The notes under the pieces were generated by a model. That model did no database searches and was not told the DNA's origin. It saw only the letters and a list, made by a program, of their open reading frames with translations. Shown piece by piece: positions 18,660-27,846 of a stretch of 40,220 nucleotides of DNA; positions within the stretch are counted from its first letter, which is position 1; each line of letters starts with the position of its first letter. The DNA is from an uncultured Actinomyces sp. (GTDB lineage Bacteria; Actinomycetota; Actinomycetes; Actinomycetales; Actinomycetaceae): the NCBI GenBank assembly GCA_963551745.1, contig CAUVIG010000001.1, positions 1 to 40,220 on the forward strand, given 5' to 3'. The position numbers and the translations under genes are program-made.

Positions 18660-18846
18660 GGCCCCGCCACCACCCACGGGCACCGCAGCCTAGCCTTCCG
18701 GTCCCTCCGGCGCCCTCCGCACCGGTGGGGCCTGGTGTGTTGACGTGTGGCTCGGCGCGGTCGATCTCAAGGCCCACCCTGGCCCTGCCGCCACCCACCG
18801 GCACCGCGACCATGCCCCGCCACCGCCCACGGGCACCGCAGCCAGG
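18660..18846. repeat. REP-like GC-rich repeats
   Basis: CCGCCACC..CCAC(G/C)GGCACCGC copies near 18663, 18788 and 18817, inverted relative to the 17026/17126 copies. Confidence 0.7.
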
Positions 18847-19140
18847 CCCCTACTTGAACCCCATCTCTCGCCCCCAGCCCCTCACCTCCCACATTCCTGA
18901 ACCACACCCAATTTCGCACATAATTCCCCCACGACCATTTCAAACCATGAATTCACAACGTTGGAATTGCAACGTTTTCAGACTTTATTGAAACTTCTCC
19001 CAATCGAATTACGTGCGACTTTTCTGAGGCAGTCCCAGCCACCAGCCACGGGTGCCGCAACTAGGCACTGACACGCGGCATGGGCCTCGGCTTCGTCGAC
19101 ACACTCCACGGCCGCGACCGCCACTTCCAGCAAGCCTCCA

Positions 19141-19517
19141 TGAAAGAAATATCGCCCCAGCAGGGCGCCCCACCGCTTGGCTCACTTCCTCAGTGAAAGA
19201 AATATCGCCCCTCCTCGCTCAAAATGGGCATAATATTGCACTTTTCGACGTGCCGGGGCGAAGAATATTTCACGGCACCCCACAACACCTCACGCAGGGG
19301 CGGTTCTTCTTTCACCCCAGCTCCACAAAACGCCCGTCGGCTGCCTCGTCTGAAACCGATGACACCAATGCTGGTGGATCACTGCCACGAAATGAAACCG
19401 CTGACACCTCTGCTCCCACGAAACGGCCGATTTCAGGCCATTCTCCGCCCGCAAAGGCGTCGCCGGTTTCATCTACCCCCCTCACCGAGCACCTGCAAAG
19501 GCGCCGCCGGTTTCATC
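19141..19517. repeat. Two modules, each with two direct and two inverted motif copies
   Basis: TGAAAGAAATATCGCCCC at 19141 and 19194, inverted degenerate copies at 19255 and 19297; TGAAACCG(A/C)TGACACC at 19351 and 19393, inverted at 19456 and 19500. Confidence 0.85.
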
Positions 19518-19658
19518 AGGTGTCTAATCAGGGCTTCCGGTTCACAGCAAGTCGCTCACACGCTCATGCTTGCTGCCTCCATCACACTCCTGGTAGCGTC
19601 GGAGCATGAACAGCGAGCCCTTCTGCGCCCTTCGTAGGCAGCCCACCGGTGCCCGGGT

Positions 19659-20519
19659 GTGGTGGTGAGCGTGGCTCGGCCTTCCTCATTTTTGGCAAGA
19701 AGACCCCACGACAGTTCTCCTCGAGGCGTGGACCTGGCTGCGCAAGACTTCTGGAAGCTCACTGCGATCGCCATTGTCGTTAACGCCGTCTTGGCGGTGA
19801 GTGCCTACTGGGTTTTCTCTTTTGTTCGCATCGGCCCGCTACAGCTGCTCTTCATCTGGTTCCCCCTGTATCTGTGCGCGGTGCTTCCCCACCTCATCGA
19901 AAAGAGTGTGCGTCCGTTCTGGTCATCGCGCCCCCATTACGAGGACGGCTCCATCGTCATTCCGGGTAACCACCACTCCATCGCGCTCGTCACGACCGGA
20001 TTCCTGCTCTACGCCTTCGCGGGCGGGACGATGGCCGCAGTTTTCACGACCAGACAACCCTTCCACGCCGCGATATATGTGTTCGCCGTTGCGTCCATGG
20101 CCTATCTGGAGTGCAGCCGCAATCCCGGCAAGGACATCGTCATCGCTTTGAGTGACAAGCAAAAGACAACTCTGACTCCCGAGGGAATCTCCTTCCACTT
20201 CCCGGAGCTACTGTCCGTCGAGGAAGACTCAAACGAACGAAACACCACCATCCTGTGGAAGGATAACGTCACCATCCACATCGTCAACAGTCCAACAATT
20301 ATTCTTAACGCGGACACCGACACATATGACGGACCGTGGAGCATCTCCTCCGAGCACATCGGCATTCCCTTCACCGGCCTCGACGCCCTCATCCGACACT
20401 TCAACGAGCACCCCGAGGACCGCCCGCTACTAGCCACACCGCAGGGCGTCGACCTCGTCATCGACATCCTCACCCAAGCCCGCTCAGAACTCACCACCAG
20501 GAAAGGCACGCACGTATGA
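19659..20519 (+). CDS. Hypothetical membrane protein (about 4 TM plus soluble C-terminus); 5' end possibly disrupted
   Basis: Four hydrophobic stretches; no convincing RBS at the in-frame starts. Confidence 0.6.
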   Translation: MVVSVARPSSFLARRPHDSSPRGVDLAAQDFWKLTAIAIVVNAVLAVSAYWVFSFVRIGPLQLLFIWFPLYLCAVLPHLIEKSVRPFWSSRPHYEDGSIVIPGNHHSIALVTTGFLLYAFAGGTMAAVFTTRQPFHAAIYVFAVASMAYLECSRNPGKDIVIALSDKQKTTLTPEGISFHFPELLSVEEDSNERNTTILWKDNVTIHIVNSPTIILNADTDTYDGPWSISSEHIGIPFTGLDALIRHFNEHPEDRPLLATPQGVDLVIDILTQARSELTTRKGTHV

Positions 20520-20665
20520 AGTCCAAGAAACGCATCCTCATCGGCCTGATCGTCGCGGTTCTGGTCGCCATTGTCATCTACCCAATGCTACCCCTCGAAT
20601 ACCGCGAAGCCATTGCCTCGTTCTTTGCCCACCCTCTGTACTACCTGGGATTGGGCGACTGGTAA
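20516..20665 (+). CDS. Small membrane protein (49 aa)
   Basis: RBS gaaagg, ATGA overlap with the upstream stop, MKSKKRILIGLIVAVLVAIVIY TM helix; followed by a 14-bp hairpin at 20695-20730. Confidence 0.65.
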   Translation: MKSKKRILIGLIVAVLVAIVIYPMLPLEYREAIASFFAHPLYYLGLGDW

Positions 20666-20854
20666 GGACCCACCCAACAGCTCGGCACAACTAGGCGGCC
20701 GGGTGCTCCACGATGCGAGCACCCGGCCGCACATGTCCTGTCGGCACTCAGTACGCGAGCCTCCGGAAGTGTTCCGCCAGGACGGCGGCCTCACGATACC
20801 CGCAGCAGCAGGTCACCATGCCATCTCACGGCTCTTTGCCGACGACCCACGCTC

Positions 20855-20901
20855 TTGACATCAAAACTCCTTCTACCTATCCTTAGATGAAACGTTTCAT
20901 C
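20855..20901 (+). promoter_or_regulatory. Sigma70-type promoter with LacI-family operator
   Basis: TTGACA (20855-20860), 17-bp spacer, TATCCT (20878-20883); perfect palindrome GATGAAACGTTTCATC (20886-20901). Confidence 0.85.
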
Positions 20902-20918
20902 CTCATCGTGGAGGACCA

Positions 20919-22019
20919 ATGACCGCTTCATCTCAAGACCTCGTCTCCCAACTCATCGAGCTGTCCAACCAGATCGGTTCGGACACCGAGTACACGCGCT
21001 CGGGGGGTGGCAACTCATCCGCGAAGAACGACAATACCCTCCTCATCAAGCCCAGCGGCGTTCCGCTCGCAACCCTGCGCGAGGAAGACCTGGTGCCGCT
21101 CGACATTTCCACCCTTCTGCGTGCCTTCGAACATCCTGAAGAGCTCCCCCGCGATGAAGACCCCGTTCGCGCGGCCGCGCAGCTCGCGCAGCGTGGCGCG
21201 TTCGAGCGACGCCCCAGCGTCGAAATCCTCTTTCACGCGCTCATTCCCGACCCACTCGTCATTCATCTACACCCTCTAACAGCAAACGCAATCACGTGCA
21301 ACACACGCGGCGAAGAGCTCTGCAAGCAGATTCTCGGTGACCAGGCACTGTGGGTCGACTACACGGACCCAGGCATTCCTCTCGCGCGCCTGATCGACGA
21401 GCGTCGCCGCGCATTCACGGCCACACACAGCACTCCCCCACCCGCGATTACGCTCCTCGGCAATCACGGCATCATCGTTTCAGGACAGACGAAGGATGCG
21501 ATTCTCGAGCGGATCGACTTCCTGACATCCTCAATCCGTGCAGCAATCGACGAGGCCGGGACCGCCTTGTCCGGTTCGCCATCCCGGGTGGCGGAAGCCT
21601 TCCGTCGCGCGGTAGACGCGCCGAGTGTCGCGCTGTCAACAGAGGGACTATCAGCGTCTGCTCCAGCTCCTGGCGGGCCGTTGATCCCCGATCAGATCGT
21701 GTACGCGGGTTCATTCCCCGTTGTTCTGGAAGCAACCGACACTGAGGACATCGTGGCAGCAAAAGTGTCGCTGCACCGTGCCCAGCACGGGCGCGCGCCG
21801 ATCGTCGCTGTCATTCCCGGACTTGCCGTCGCGGCAGTGGGAAGCACGAACCAGGCCTCGGACAACGCGTTGCATACATTCCTGGACGCTATGCGTGTTG
21901 CTCGGGATGCAAACCTGCTCGGTCGTGTACGCGTCATGGATGATCGAGAGCGTGGCTTCATCGAGAACTGGGAAGCTGAGTCCTATCGCCAGAAGGTGGC
22001 TGCATCTCAAGGATCCTGA
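20919..22019 (+). CDS. rhaD: Class II aldolase, probable rhamnulose-1-phosphate aldolase (no dehydrogenase domain)
   Basis: GGGNSSAK, IKPSG, RPSVE..FH, IHLHP, LLGNHG, WEAE.YR motifs; rha context and operator. Confidence 0.75.
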   Translation: MTASSQDLVSQLIELSNQIGSDTEYTRSGGGNSSAKNDNTLLIKPSGVPLATLREEDLVPLDISTLLRAFEHPEELPRDEDPVRAAAQLAQRGAFERRPSVEILFHALIPDPLVIHLHPLTANAITCNTRGEELCKQILGDQALWVDYTDPGIPLARLIDERRRAFTATHSTPPPAITLLGNHGIIVSGQTKDAILERIDFLTSSIRAAIDEAGTALSGSPSRVAEAFRRAVDAPSVALSTEGLSASAPAPGGPLIPDQIVYAGSFPVVLEATDTEDIVAAKVSLHRAQHGRAPIVAVIPGLAVAAVGSTNQASDNALHTFLDAMRVARDANLLGRVRVMDDRERGFIENWEAESYRQKVAASQGS

Positions 22020-22052
22020 CTCATCGAATAAAACAAACACACCGTTCGTCAT

Positions 22053-22244
22053 CAACGTGTTTGGGGTATGCGTGAATGACATACCCCAAACACGTTGCAT
22101 TATGCGCACAGCTCGACGGCCAACTGCGCGTCTCGGGACTTGTGCGGGTTGGCAGATCATGCGAACCGGAAGAGTTTGTCGCACATGGATCATCATCAGA
22201 CGCACGTGGGCCGCGGCTCGAACTAGTCGAGTCGCGGCCCACGT
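22053..22244. terminator. Two long hairpins between convergent rhaD and rhaB
   Basis: Perfect 18-bp stem 22053-22070/22080-22097; 18-bp stem with one mismatch at 22204-22244. Confidence 0.7.
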
Positions 22245-22257
22245 CAGCACACATCAG

Positions 22258-23880
22258 CTAAGACCATGCAGCGAGGAGTGCATCAGCCTCATCCCATAGG
22301 TACGCATGAGAAGCGCGCGGCTCGTAGGTCACGAGCCCCGACGACGCCCGCGAAATGGCGCGAAGGTCCATCAGTGTTCCACTGGCCGCACCGATAGCTC
22401 TCAGGGAAACAAGCATGTTTCCAAGAGCCGTGGCCTCGACAGGTCCCGCAATAACCGGGATCCCTGTCGCGTCTGCGGTCTCCTGTGCCAGCAGGCGATT
22501 CTTTGATCCACCTCCAACGAGGTGAATCGCTTCAGGGCGGTCACCGCTGAGCTCGATAGTCCGCCGAATCGCCCGGCGGTAGGCCAGCGCCAACGAGTCC
22601 GTGATCGCCCGCAGCACGGTTGCTCGCTCACAGGGATCGACACCCGAGGTTTGCGGATCACCAATCCTCTCCCCAGCCTCGTCCAGTGAGGAGGATTCAT
22701 TCCCCGAAAAAGAGACGACCGGCCCGGGGATCCACATCGAACGCACGCGCTCTACCATGCCGCCCGGAGCCATGAGCTCTGGCGAGGACATGTCGAGCAG
22801 GTAACGCGCAAGCTGGGCTGCCTCGGTCTGCGCGTCGAGGAGCGGCCAGTCGACTCGGCCACCACTGCCCGACGCGCTATCCCCGAGGGAAGCCCACTCG
22901 CGCAGGCATTCCTGCTGCACCCACATACCCATGATGTTGGCGAGGAAACGGACCGTGCCATCCACACCCAGCTCGTTCGTAAAATTGGCCGCCCGAGCCT
23001 CCTCGGAGAGCACCGGGGCACTGAGCTCGGTACCGACGAGCGACCAGGTTCCACTCGAGATGTACGCGAACGACTCGGTCTGGGCGGGCACACCAGCGAC
23101 CGCCGACGCAGTGTCGTGGGACCCGACGGCGACAACAGGGGTGGGCTCGCCCGTCGAGGTGCGCAGCTCGAGCCCCTCAACGCGCGCTTCACCGAGAATC
23201 TCCCCCGGCTCAATGATCGGCGGGAAGAGGTGCTCCACCCCGAAGTCGTCACGCAGCTTGTTGAGAATCTCGGGATCCCAGTCGCGCTCCGCAGCATTGA
23301 CGAGGCCGGTCGTCGACGCGTTCGTCAGCTCGCTTCGCGCTTCTCCCGTGAGCCAGTATGCCAGCAGGTCGGGGATCAGGAGTGCCGTTCGCGCACAGTC
23401 CGCGCGCTGCTCTCCCCGGTCAGCCACACGCTGGTACAGCGTATTGAATGGCTGGAATTGCAGTCCGTTGCGCTCATAGAGCCAGGAGGAATCCCATCGG
23501 TCGAGCACCTCGGATGCGCCAGTGCCACAGCGCGCGGAACGGTAGGACGCGGGGTTACCAATCAGTCGGCCTTCTTCGTCCAACAGCCCGTAGTCCACGG
23601 CCCACGTGTCGATTCCGATAGCGTCCACGGAACCTCGCAGGCTGGCCTCGCGCAGACCCTCGAGGATGCCACGCCACAGCGCGAGGATGTCCCACTCATA
23701 GGCCACTTGGGCCTCGCCTCCCGATTGAGAACCCACAGAACGACGGGGCACAGGAACGGCGACCGGCCCATTCGGGAAGCGGGAGCACTCCTCGATGGCA
23801 AGGCGCTCGCCATCGAACACACCCCTTAGGACGCGTCCCGAGGAGGCTCCCAGGTCGATAGCGACAACGGTCGTCATCAT
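22258..23880 (-). CDS. rhaB: Rhamnulokinase (FGGY family)
   Basis: AIDLGASSGR, GIDTWAVDYGLLD, GSHDTASA, SSGTWSLVG, NFTNE, GPVEATALGN motifs. Confidence 0.95.
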   Translation of the reverse strand: MMTTVVAIDLGASSGRVLRGVFDGERLAIEECSRFPNGPVAVPVPRRSVGSQSGGEAQVAYEWDILALWRGILEGLREASLRGSVDAIGIDTWAVDYGLLDEEGRLIGNPASYRSARCGTGASEVLDRWDSSWLYERNGLQFQPFNTLYQRVADRGEQRADCARTALLIPDLLAYWLTGEARSELTNASTTGLVNAAERDWDPEILNKLRDDFGVEHLFPPIIEPGEILGEARVEGLELRTSTGEPTPVVAVGSHDTASAVAGVPAQTESFAYISSGTWSLVGTELSAPVLSEEARAANFTNELGVDGTVRFLANIMGMWVQQECLREWASLGDSASGSGGRVDWPLLDAQTEAAQLARYLLDMSSPELMAPGGMVERVRSMWIPGPVVSFSGNESSSLDEAGERIGDPQTSGVDPCERATVLRAITDSLALAYRRAIRRTIELSGDRPEAIHLVGGGSKNRLLAQETADATGIPVIAGPVEATALGNMLVSLRAIGAASGTLMDLRAISRASSGLVTYEPRASHAYLWDEADALLAAWS

Positions 23881-25058
23881 GCGCCCCAGGAGGCCTGCTG
23901 ACCACCCACTCGCTCCGCGCTGATGCGCTCAAAGTATCCCGAGGCCGCGTAGGCAGCGAGCGGGTTGGGGTCGAGACACTGCTCTTCACGAAGCTCACCC
24001 AGGAGCGGGCGCACGTCGGAGGAGAAAGCGTCCATGAGCACCTGGTTGGCAGTCAGCACGTCATGCTCGGCCTGCGCCTTCGCCAGAGCGTCACGGTCGA
24101 CGAGGAGTGCCTTCGCGGTTGCCTCCTGAACGTTCATCGCGGACAGGATTTCTCCGGGGATCTTCTCTTCGAGGTTGTGACACTGGTCGAGCATGAAGTT
24201 CACACCGGAGGTTGGCGCGAGGGCGCCAAAGGACACGATCTCGTGCATGATGCGGAAGAGCTGGAAGGGGTCTGCGGATCCCACGATCAGGTCGTCGTCG
24301 GCATAGAACCGCGAGTTGAAGTCGAAAGCGCCGAGACGGCCAGCGCGCAGCAGCTGGACAACGATGAACTCAATGTTGGTGCCGGGCGCGTGGTGGCCGG
24401 TGTCGAGGCAGACGACGGCTCGGTCGCCCAGGGCCATCACGTGCGCCAGGGCCGTACCCCAGTCCGGAACATCGGTGTGATAGAAGGCAGGTTCGAAGAA
24501 CTTGTACTCAAGGAGTAGGCGCTGATGTGAAGCCAGATTCTCATAGATAACGGACAGTGAGTCAGCGAGCCGTTCCTGCCGTGCAGCGATCGAGTCCTGT
24601 CCTGGATAGTTCGTTCCGTCGCCCAGCCAGATCTTGAGCGTGTCGGAACCGGTAGCGTTCATGACGTCAATGCAGCGCAGGTGCGCGTCGATGGCCTTGC
24701 GCCGCACGGCCTCGTCGGAGTTCGTCAGGGATCCGAACTTGTAGTCGTCATCCTGGAAGACGTTCGAGTTAATGGTGCCTAGTGTGATGCCCTGCGAGAG
24801 CGCGTGCTCCGCGAGGTCAGAGAAGTCGTCGACCACGTCCCACGGGATATGTAGTGACACCCGCGGGGTAATGCCAGTGAACCGGTGGACCTGCGCCGCA
24901 TCATCAATCTTTTCGTAAGCGTTGCGCGGAGTACCGGGGCTCGAGAATACCTTGAAGCGGGTTCCGGAGTTACCGAAGGCCCAGCTCGGGAGCTCGATCG
25001 TCTGTTCGCACAGGAGGGTACGAGCACTTTCGGGCAGTTCGGACAGGTGGATGGTCAT
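23877..25058 (-). CDS. rhaI: L-rhamnose isomerase (actinobacterial RhaI type)
   Basis: IELPSWAFGNSGTRFKVF, LHIPWD, EYKFFEPAFY, DTGHH, YADDDL motifs. Confidence 0.95.
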   Translation of the reverse strand: MTIHLSELPESARTLLCEQTIELPSWAFGNSGTRFKVFSSPGTPRNAYEKIDDAAQVHRFTGITPRVSLHIPWDVVDDFSDLAEHALSQGITLGTINSNVFQDDDYKFGSLTNSDEAVRRKAIDAHLRCIDVMNATGSDTLKIWLGDGTNYPGQDSIAARQERLADSLSVIYENLASHQRLLLEYKFFEPAFYHTDVPDWGTALAHVMALGDRAVVCLDTGHHAPGTNIEFIVVQLLRAGRLGAFDFNSRFYADDDLIVGSADPFQLFRIMHEIVSFGALAPTSGVNFMLDQCHNLEEKIPGEILSAMNVQEATAKALLVDRDALAKAQAEHDVLTANQVLMDAFSSDVRPLLGELREEQCLDPNPLAAYAASGYFERISAERVGGQQASWGA

Positions 25059-25132
25059 GGCGTCTCCTTCGACGTGTGGGGATGGATTGACGAGGCCGGG
25101 GAGGATACTTAGGGGGCGGCCTCGCTGAGCAA

Positions 25133-25498
25133 TTAGGCGAGGTAGAAGTATTGGTTGAGGAAGTGGGCACTGCCACCCCCGTCCGCTTGGAAGTACTGGG
25201 CCATTTCCGATTGCCAGCGCGTATTGACCTCACGGTCTTCCATGGCAGTAGCCGCCGCGTGAGCGTCGTCCGCCTCGTAGTAGCCGACAACGAGACCGGT
25301 GTCCGGATCAAGGAAAAGGGAGTAGTGTCGCCACCCAGCGTCGCTGAGGGCCTGACGCATCTCATCCCAGACTCGCTGGTGCACGTCGGCGTATTCGGAG
25401 AGTTTTTCGGGGCGGACGCGCAGGAGGAAGCAAGCCCGGTGGGGGCTGGCCTGACTCGTCGTGGCAAGGGTGTGGGCCAGTGATGGGGTATCGCTCAT
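25133..25498 (-). CDS. rhaM: L-rhamnose mutarotase
   Basis: EY...H..VW.EM..AL...GW..YSLFL...VN.RWQ..MA pattern; likely start ATG 25498. Confidence 0.9.
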   Translation of the reverse strand: MSDTPSLAHTLATTSQASPHRACFLLRVRPEKLSEYADVHQRVWDEMRQALSDAGWRHYSLFLDPDTGLVVGYYEADDAHAAATAMEDREVNTRWQSEMAQYFQADGGGSAHFLNQYFYLA

Positions 25499-25545
25499 GG
25501 GAAATCCCTTCATCGTTGAACGGGAATTGGTTGTGTCTATTTTAA

Positions 25546-25561
25546 TGTGAATCGTTTCATT
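25546..25561 (-). promoter_or_regulatory. LacI-family operator upstream of rhaM-rhaI-rhaB
   Basis: TGTGAATCGTTTCATT, a variant of the 20886 palindrome. Confidence 0.75.
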
Positions 25562-25658
25562 AAGCAAGCAGGGTAACGCGCATAGCAGGCGATTCACAGC
25601 ATGAAAGCGGGGTTGGCGGGCACAGCGAGCGCGCCCACCAACCCCACCAGAGACGACG

Positions 25659-26726
25659 TCAGAAGTCGTACTTGTCGATGTTGTCCGCGTTGAAGCGCAC
25701 GGGGTCACCGACGACAACGGTTTTATTCTCGCCGATCGTGCGCTCACCGAGCGTTCCGGCAGTGAACTTCTCCCCTACCTCGCCCTTAATCGCTCCACTA
25801 TCGAGTGCAGCACCCGCGTATGCGGCCACATATCCGAGCTGGGCGGGATCCCACAGAGCGAACTCCTTGACGGTCCCATCCTTCACGAAGGATCGCATTT
25901 CGTTGGGCAGACCCAGGCCGGTCAGGAAGACCTTGCCCTTGTAATCAGAGGTCGACAGGTAGCGTGCGGTGGCAGCGATACCAACGGTGGTCGGGGAGAC
26001 GATCGCGTTGAGGTCGGGGTGTGCCTGGAGAAGGCCCTGTGCCTCCTGGAACGACTTCGTGTCATCGTCGTCTCCATAGACCTTCGCGACGATCTCAATG
26101 CCCTTGTACTTGTCGTTCGAGGCGATCTCATCCTCCATGAACTTGATCCACGCGTTCTGGTTGGCGGCGTTTGCCGTCGCAGAGAGGATGGCTACCTTCC
26201 CGGAACCACCGATCTGGTCGGAGACCATGTCGAGCATGGTGATCGCAACCTGCTTGGATTCAACCTGGTTGATGAACAGGTCTCGGCAATCGGCCGCACT
26301 GTCGGAGTCAAAGGTGACGACCTTTGTACCGGCCTTACGCGCATCCTGAAGCGCTGGGCATACGGCATCGGGGTCGTTCGCGGCAATCACGAGGACATTC
26401 GTGCCCGCCTGCACCTCGGAGTTAATGAAGGAGACCTGCGAGGATGAGGACGCCTCGAGCGGACCGACGACGTTTACCTCGGCGAAGCCGATCTCGCCCG
26501 CAGCGTTCTTGCCACCGCCGAGCATGACGTCGGAGAAGGGGTTGTTCAGCTGTTTGGGGATAAATGTGATCGACTGGGACGAAACATCGTACGAACCCGA
26601 GGCATCGCTGCCGGAGCTGGACTCACTACCCTTTGTCGACGTTCCACCGCCACAGGCGGACATCAGGAGGGCCGAGGCCAGCGAGAGTGCGCCGAGAGCG
26701 GCCGCACCTTTCTTCATGTGAGACAT
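25659..26726 (-). CDS. rhaS: Rhamnose ABC transporter substrate-binding lipoprotein
   Basis: Lipobox MSAC; PKQLNNPF, TFDSD, ANQNAW, YGDDD..KS, SPTTVGI, LWDP motifs. Confidence 0.9.
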   Translation of the reverse strand: MSHMKKGAAALGALSLASALLMSACGGGTSTKGSESSSGSDASGSYDVSSQSITFIPKQLNNPFSDVMLGGGKNAAGEIGFAEVNVVGPLEASSSSQVSFINSEVQAGTNVLVIAANDPDAVCPALQDARKAGTKVVTFDSDSAADCRDLFINQVESKQVAITMLDMVSDQIGGSGKVAILSATANAANQNAWIKFMEDEIASNDKYKGIEIVAKVYGDDDDTKSFQEAQGLLQAHPDLNAIVSPTTVGIAATARYLSTSDYKGKVFLTGLGLPNEMRSFVKDGTVKEFALWDPAQLGYVAAYAGAALDSGAIKGEVGEKFTAGTLGERTIGENKTVVVGDPVRFNADNIDKYDF

Positions 26727-26793
26727 CGTTGTCTTTTCCTTTCGGGCGCACGCGCCCTATCGCGGGGGCATGGCGCCCCTCGTTGTGGGACTA

Positions 26794-27846
26794 TTAGGCG
26801 CTCGCCGCGCCCGGTGCGACGCTGACGCGCGGGGTACGCGCATCAGCTCGATGTGCCAGACGTTGGCGGACGGCATCCACCAGCGATGGCGCAACGACGG
26901 AACCGATCAGGAGCAAGCCCGTGACCAGAACCAAGATGACTTCGGGAATTCGGTTGAGGCGCAGCGCGTAGTTGAGAACACCGATCGTCAGGACACCGCA
27001 CACGCTGCCCCAGATCGAGCCTCGGCCCCCGAATACGCTGACCCCACCGAAGACGACTGCGGCGATGACGACGAGCTCGAGGCCCTCGACGTTGTCGGCC
27101 TTCGCCGCGGAGTAGCGCAACGTCCAGTAGATGCCTGCCAGCGCTGCCATAAGCCCCGACAGCGTCAGGGCGATAACGCGAGAACGCTTCGTGTCGATTC
27201 CGACGAACTCGGCGGCCTGCTTGGAGTATCCCAGCGCGAAGAGACCTCGACCGTACGGGGTCTTGTGCAGCAGGAGCCAGAAGAGAATGACGAACAGGAT
27301 GACGGGGATTGCCATGTAGGGGACGCCCGTGGATCCGAACGATCCGGTGACCGCGGAGGTTGCCCACTTCGGGAAATCGGAGATCGACTGGTCACCGATG
27401 ACGACGAGGGCGAGGCCTCGATACAGCGCGAGCGTACCGATCGTGACCGCAAGCGCTGGCAGTCCCACGTAGGCGGTCATGCATGCATTGACGAGGCCGC
27501 ACGCTAGTCCGATGAGGAGGCAGATCGCGATGCTCAACCAGAATCCGACGCCCGACTGGAGGAGGACTCCAAAGGAAGCACTGACGAGGCCGGCGGTCGA
27601 GGCGACGGACAGGTCGATGTCGGCGTTGATCATGACGAGAGTCATGGGAAGGGCCATGAGGAGCGTCGCCGTCACATCCAGGGTGAGGAACGTGAGTGTG
27701 CGAGGCTGGCTGAACCTCGGGATGAGGATTGTCGCAACTGTAATGGCGAGGATGAGGATGAGGGTCATGTGCGAGTCTCGCGTGGAGAACACGCGTCGAA
27801 TCGAGGCCATGAGGTCTCGTGACGAGGTCTGAGTCGGTGTGCTCAT
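26794..27846 (-). CDS. rhaQ: Rhamnose ABC transporter permease
   Basis: Hydrophobic; DIDLSV, VTIGTLALYRG, VIAAVVFGGVS..GG.G motifs. Confidence 0.85.
   Translation of the reverse strand: MSTPTQTSSRDLMASIRRVFSTRDSHMTLILILAITVATILIPRFSQPRTLTFLTLDVTATLLMALPMTLVMINADIDLSVASTAGLVSASFGVLLQSGVGFWLSIAICLLIGLACGLVNACMTAYVGLPALAVTIGTLALYRGLALVVIGDQSISDFPKWATSAVTGSFGSTGVPYMAIPVILFVILFWLLLHKTPYGRGLFALGYSKQAAEFVGIDTKRSRVIALTLSGLMAALAGIYWTLRYSAAKADNVEGLELVVIAAVVFGGVSVFGGRGSIWGSVCGVLTIGVLNYALRLNRIPEVILVLVTGLLLIGSVVAPSLVDAVRQRLAHRADARTPRVSVAPGAASA

Noticed and set aside
18965..18981. TTGCAACGTTTTCA as a fifth rhamnose operator
   Set aside because: Weaker match, inside the repeat tract and not upstream of a relevant gene.
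16990..19517. Repeats as a CRISPR array
   Set aside because: Only 2-3 copies per motif, mixed orientations, no regular repeat-spacer period and no cas genes.
19052..19637. ORFs of 185, 137 and 60 aa across the repeat tract
   Set aside because: No RBS or domain, Pro/Arg-biased composition; they simply translate the DNA repeats.
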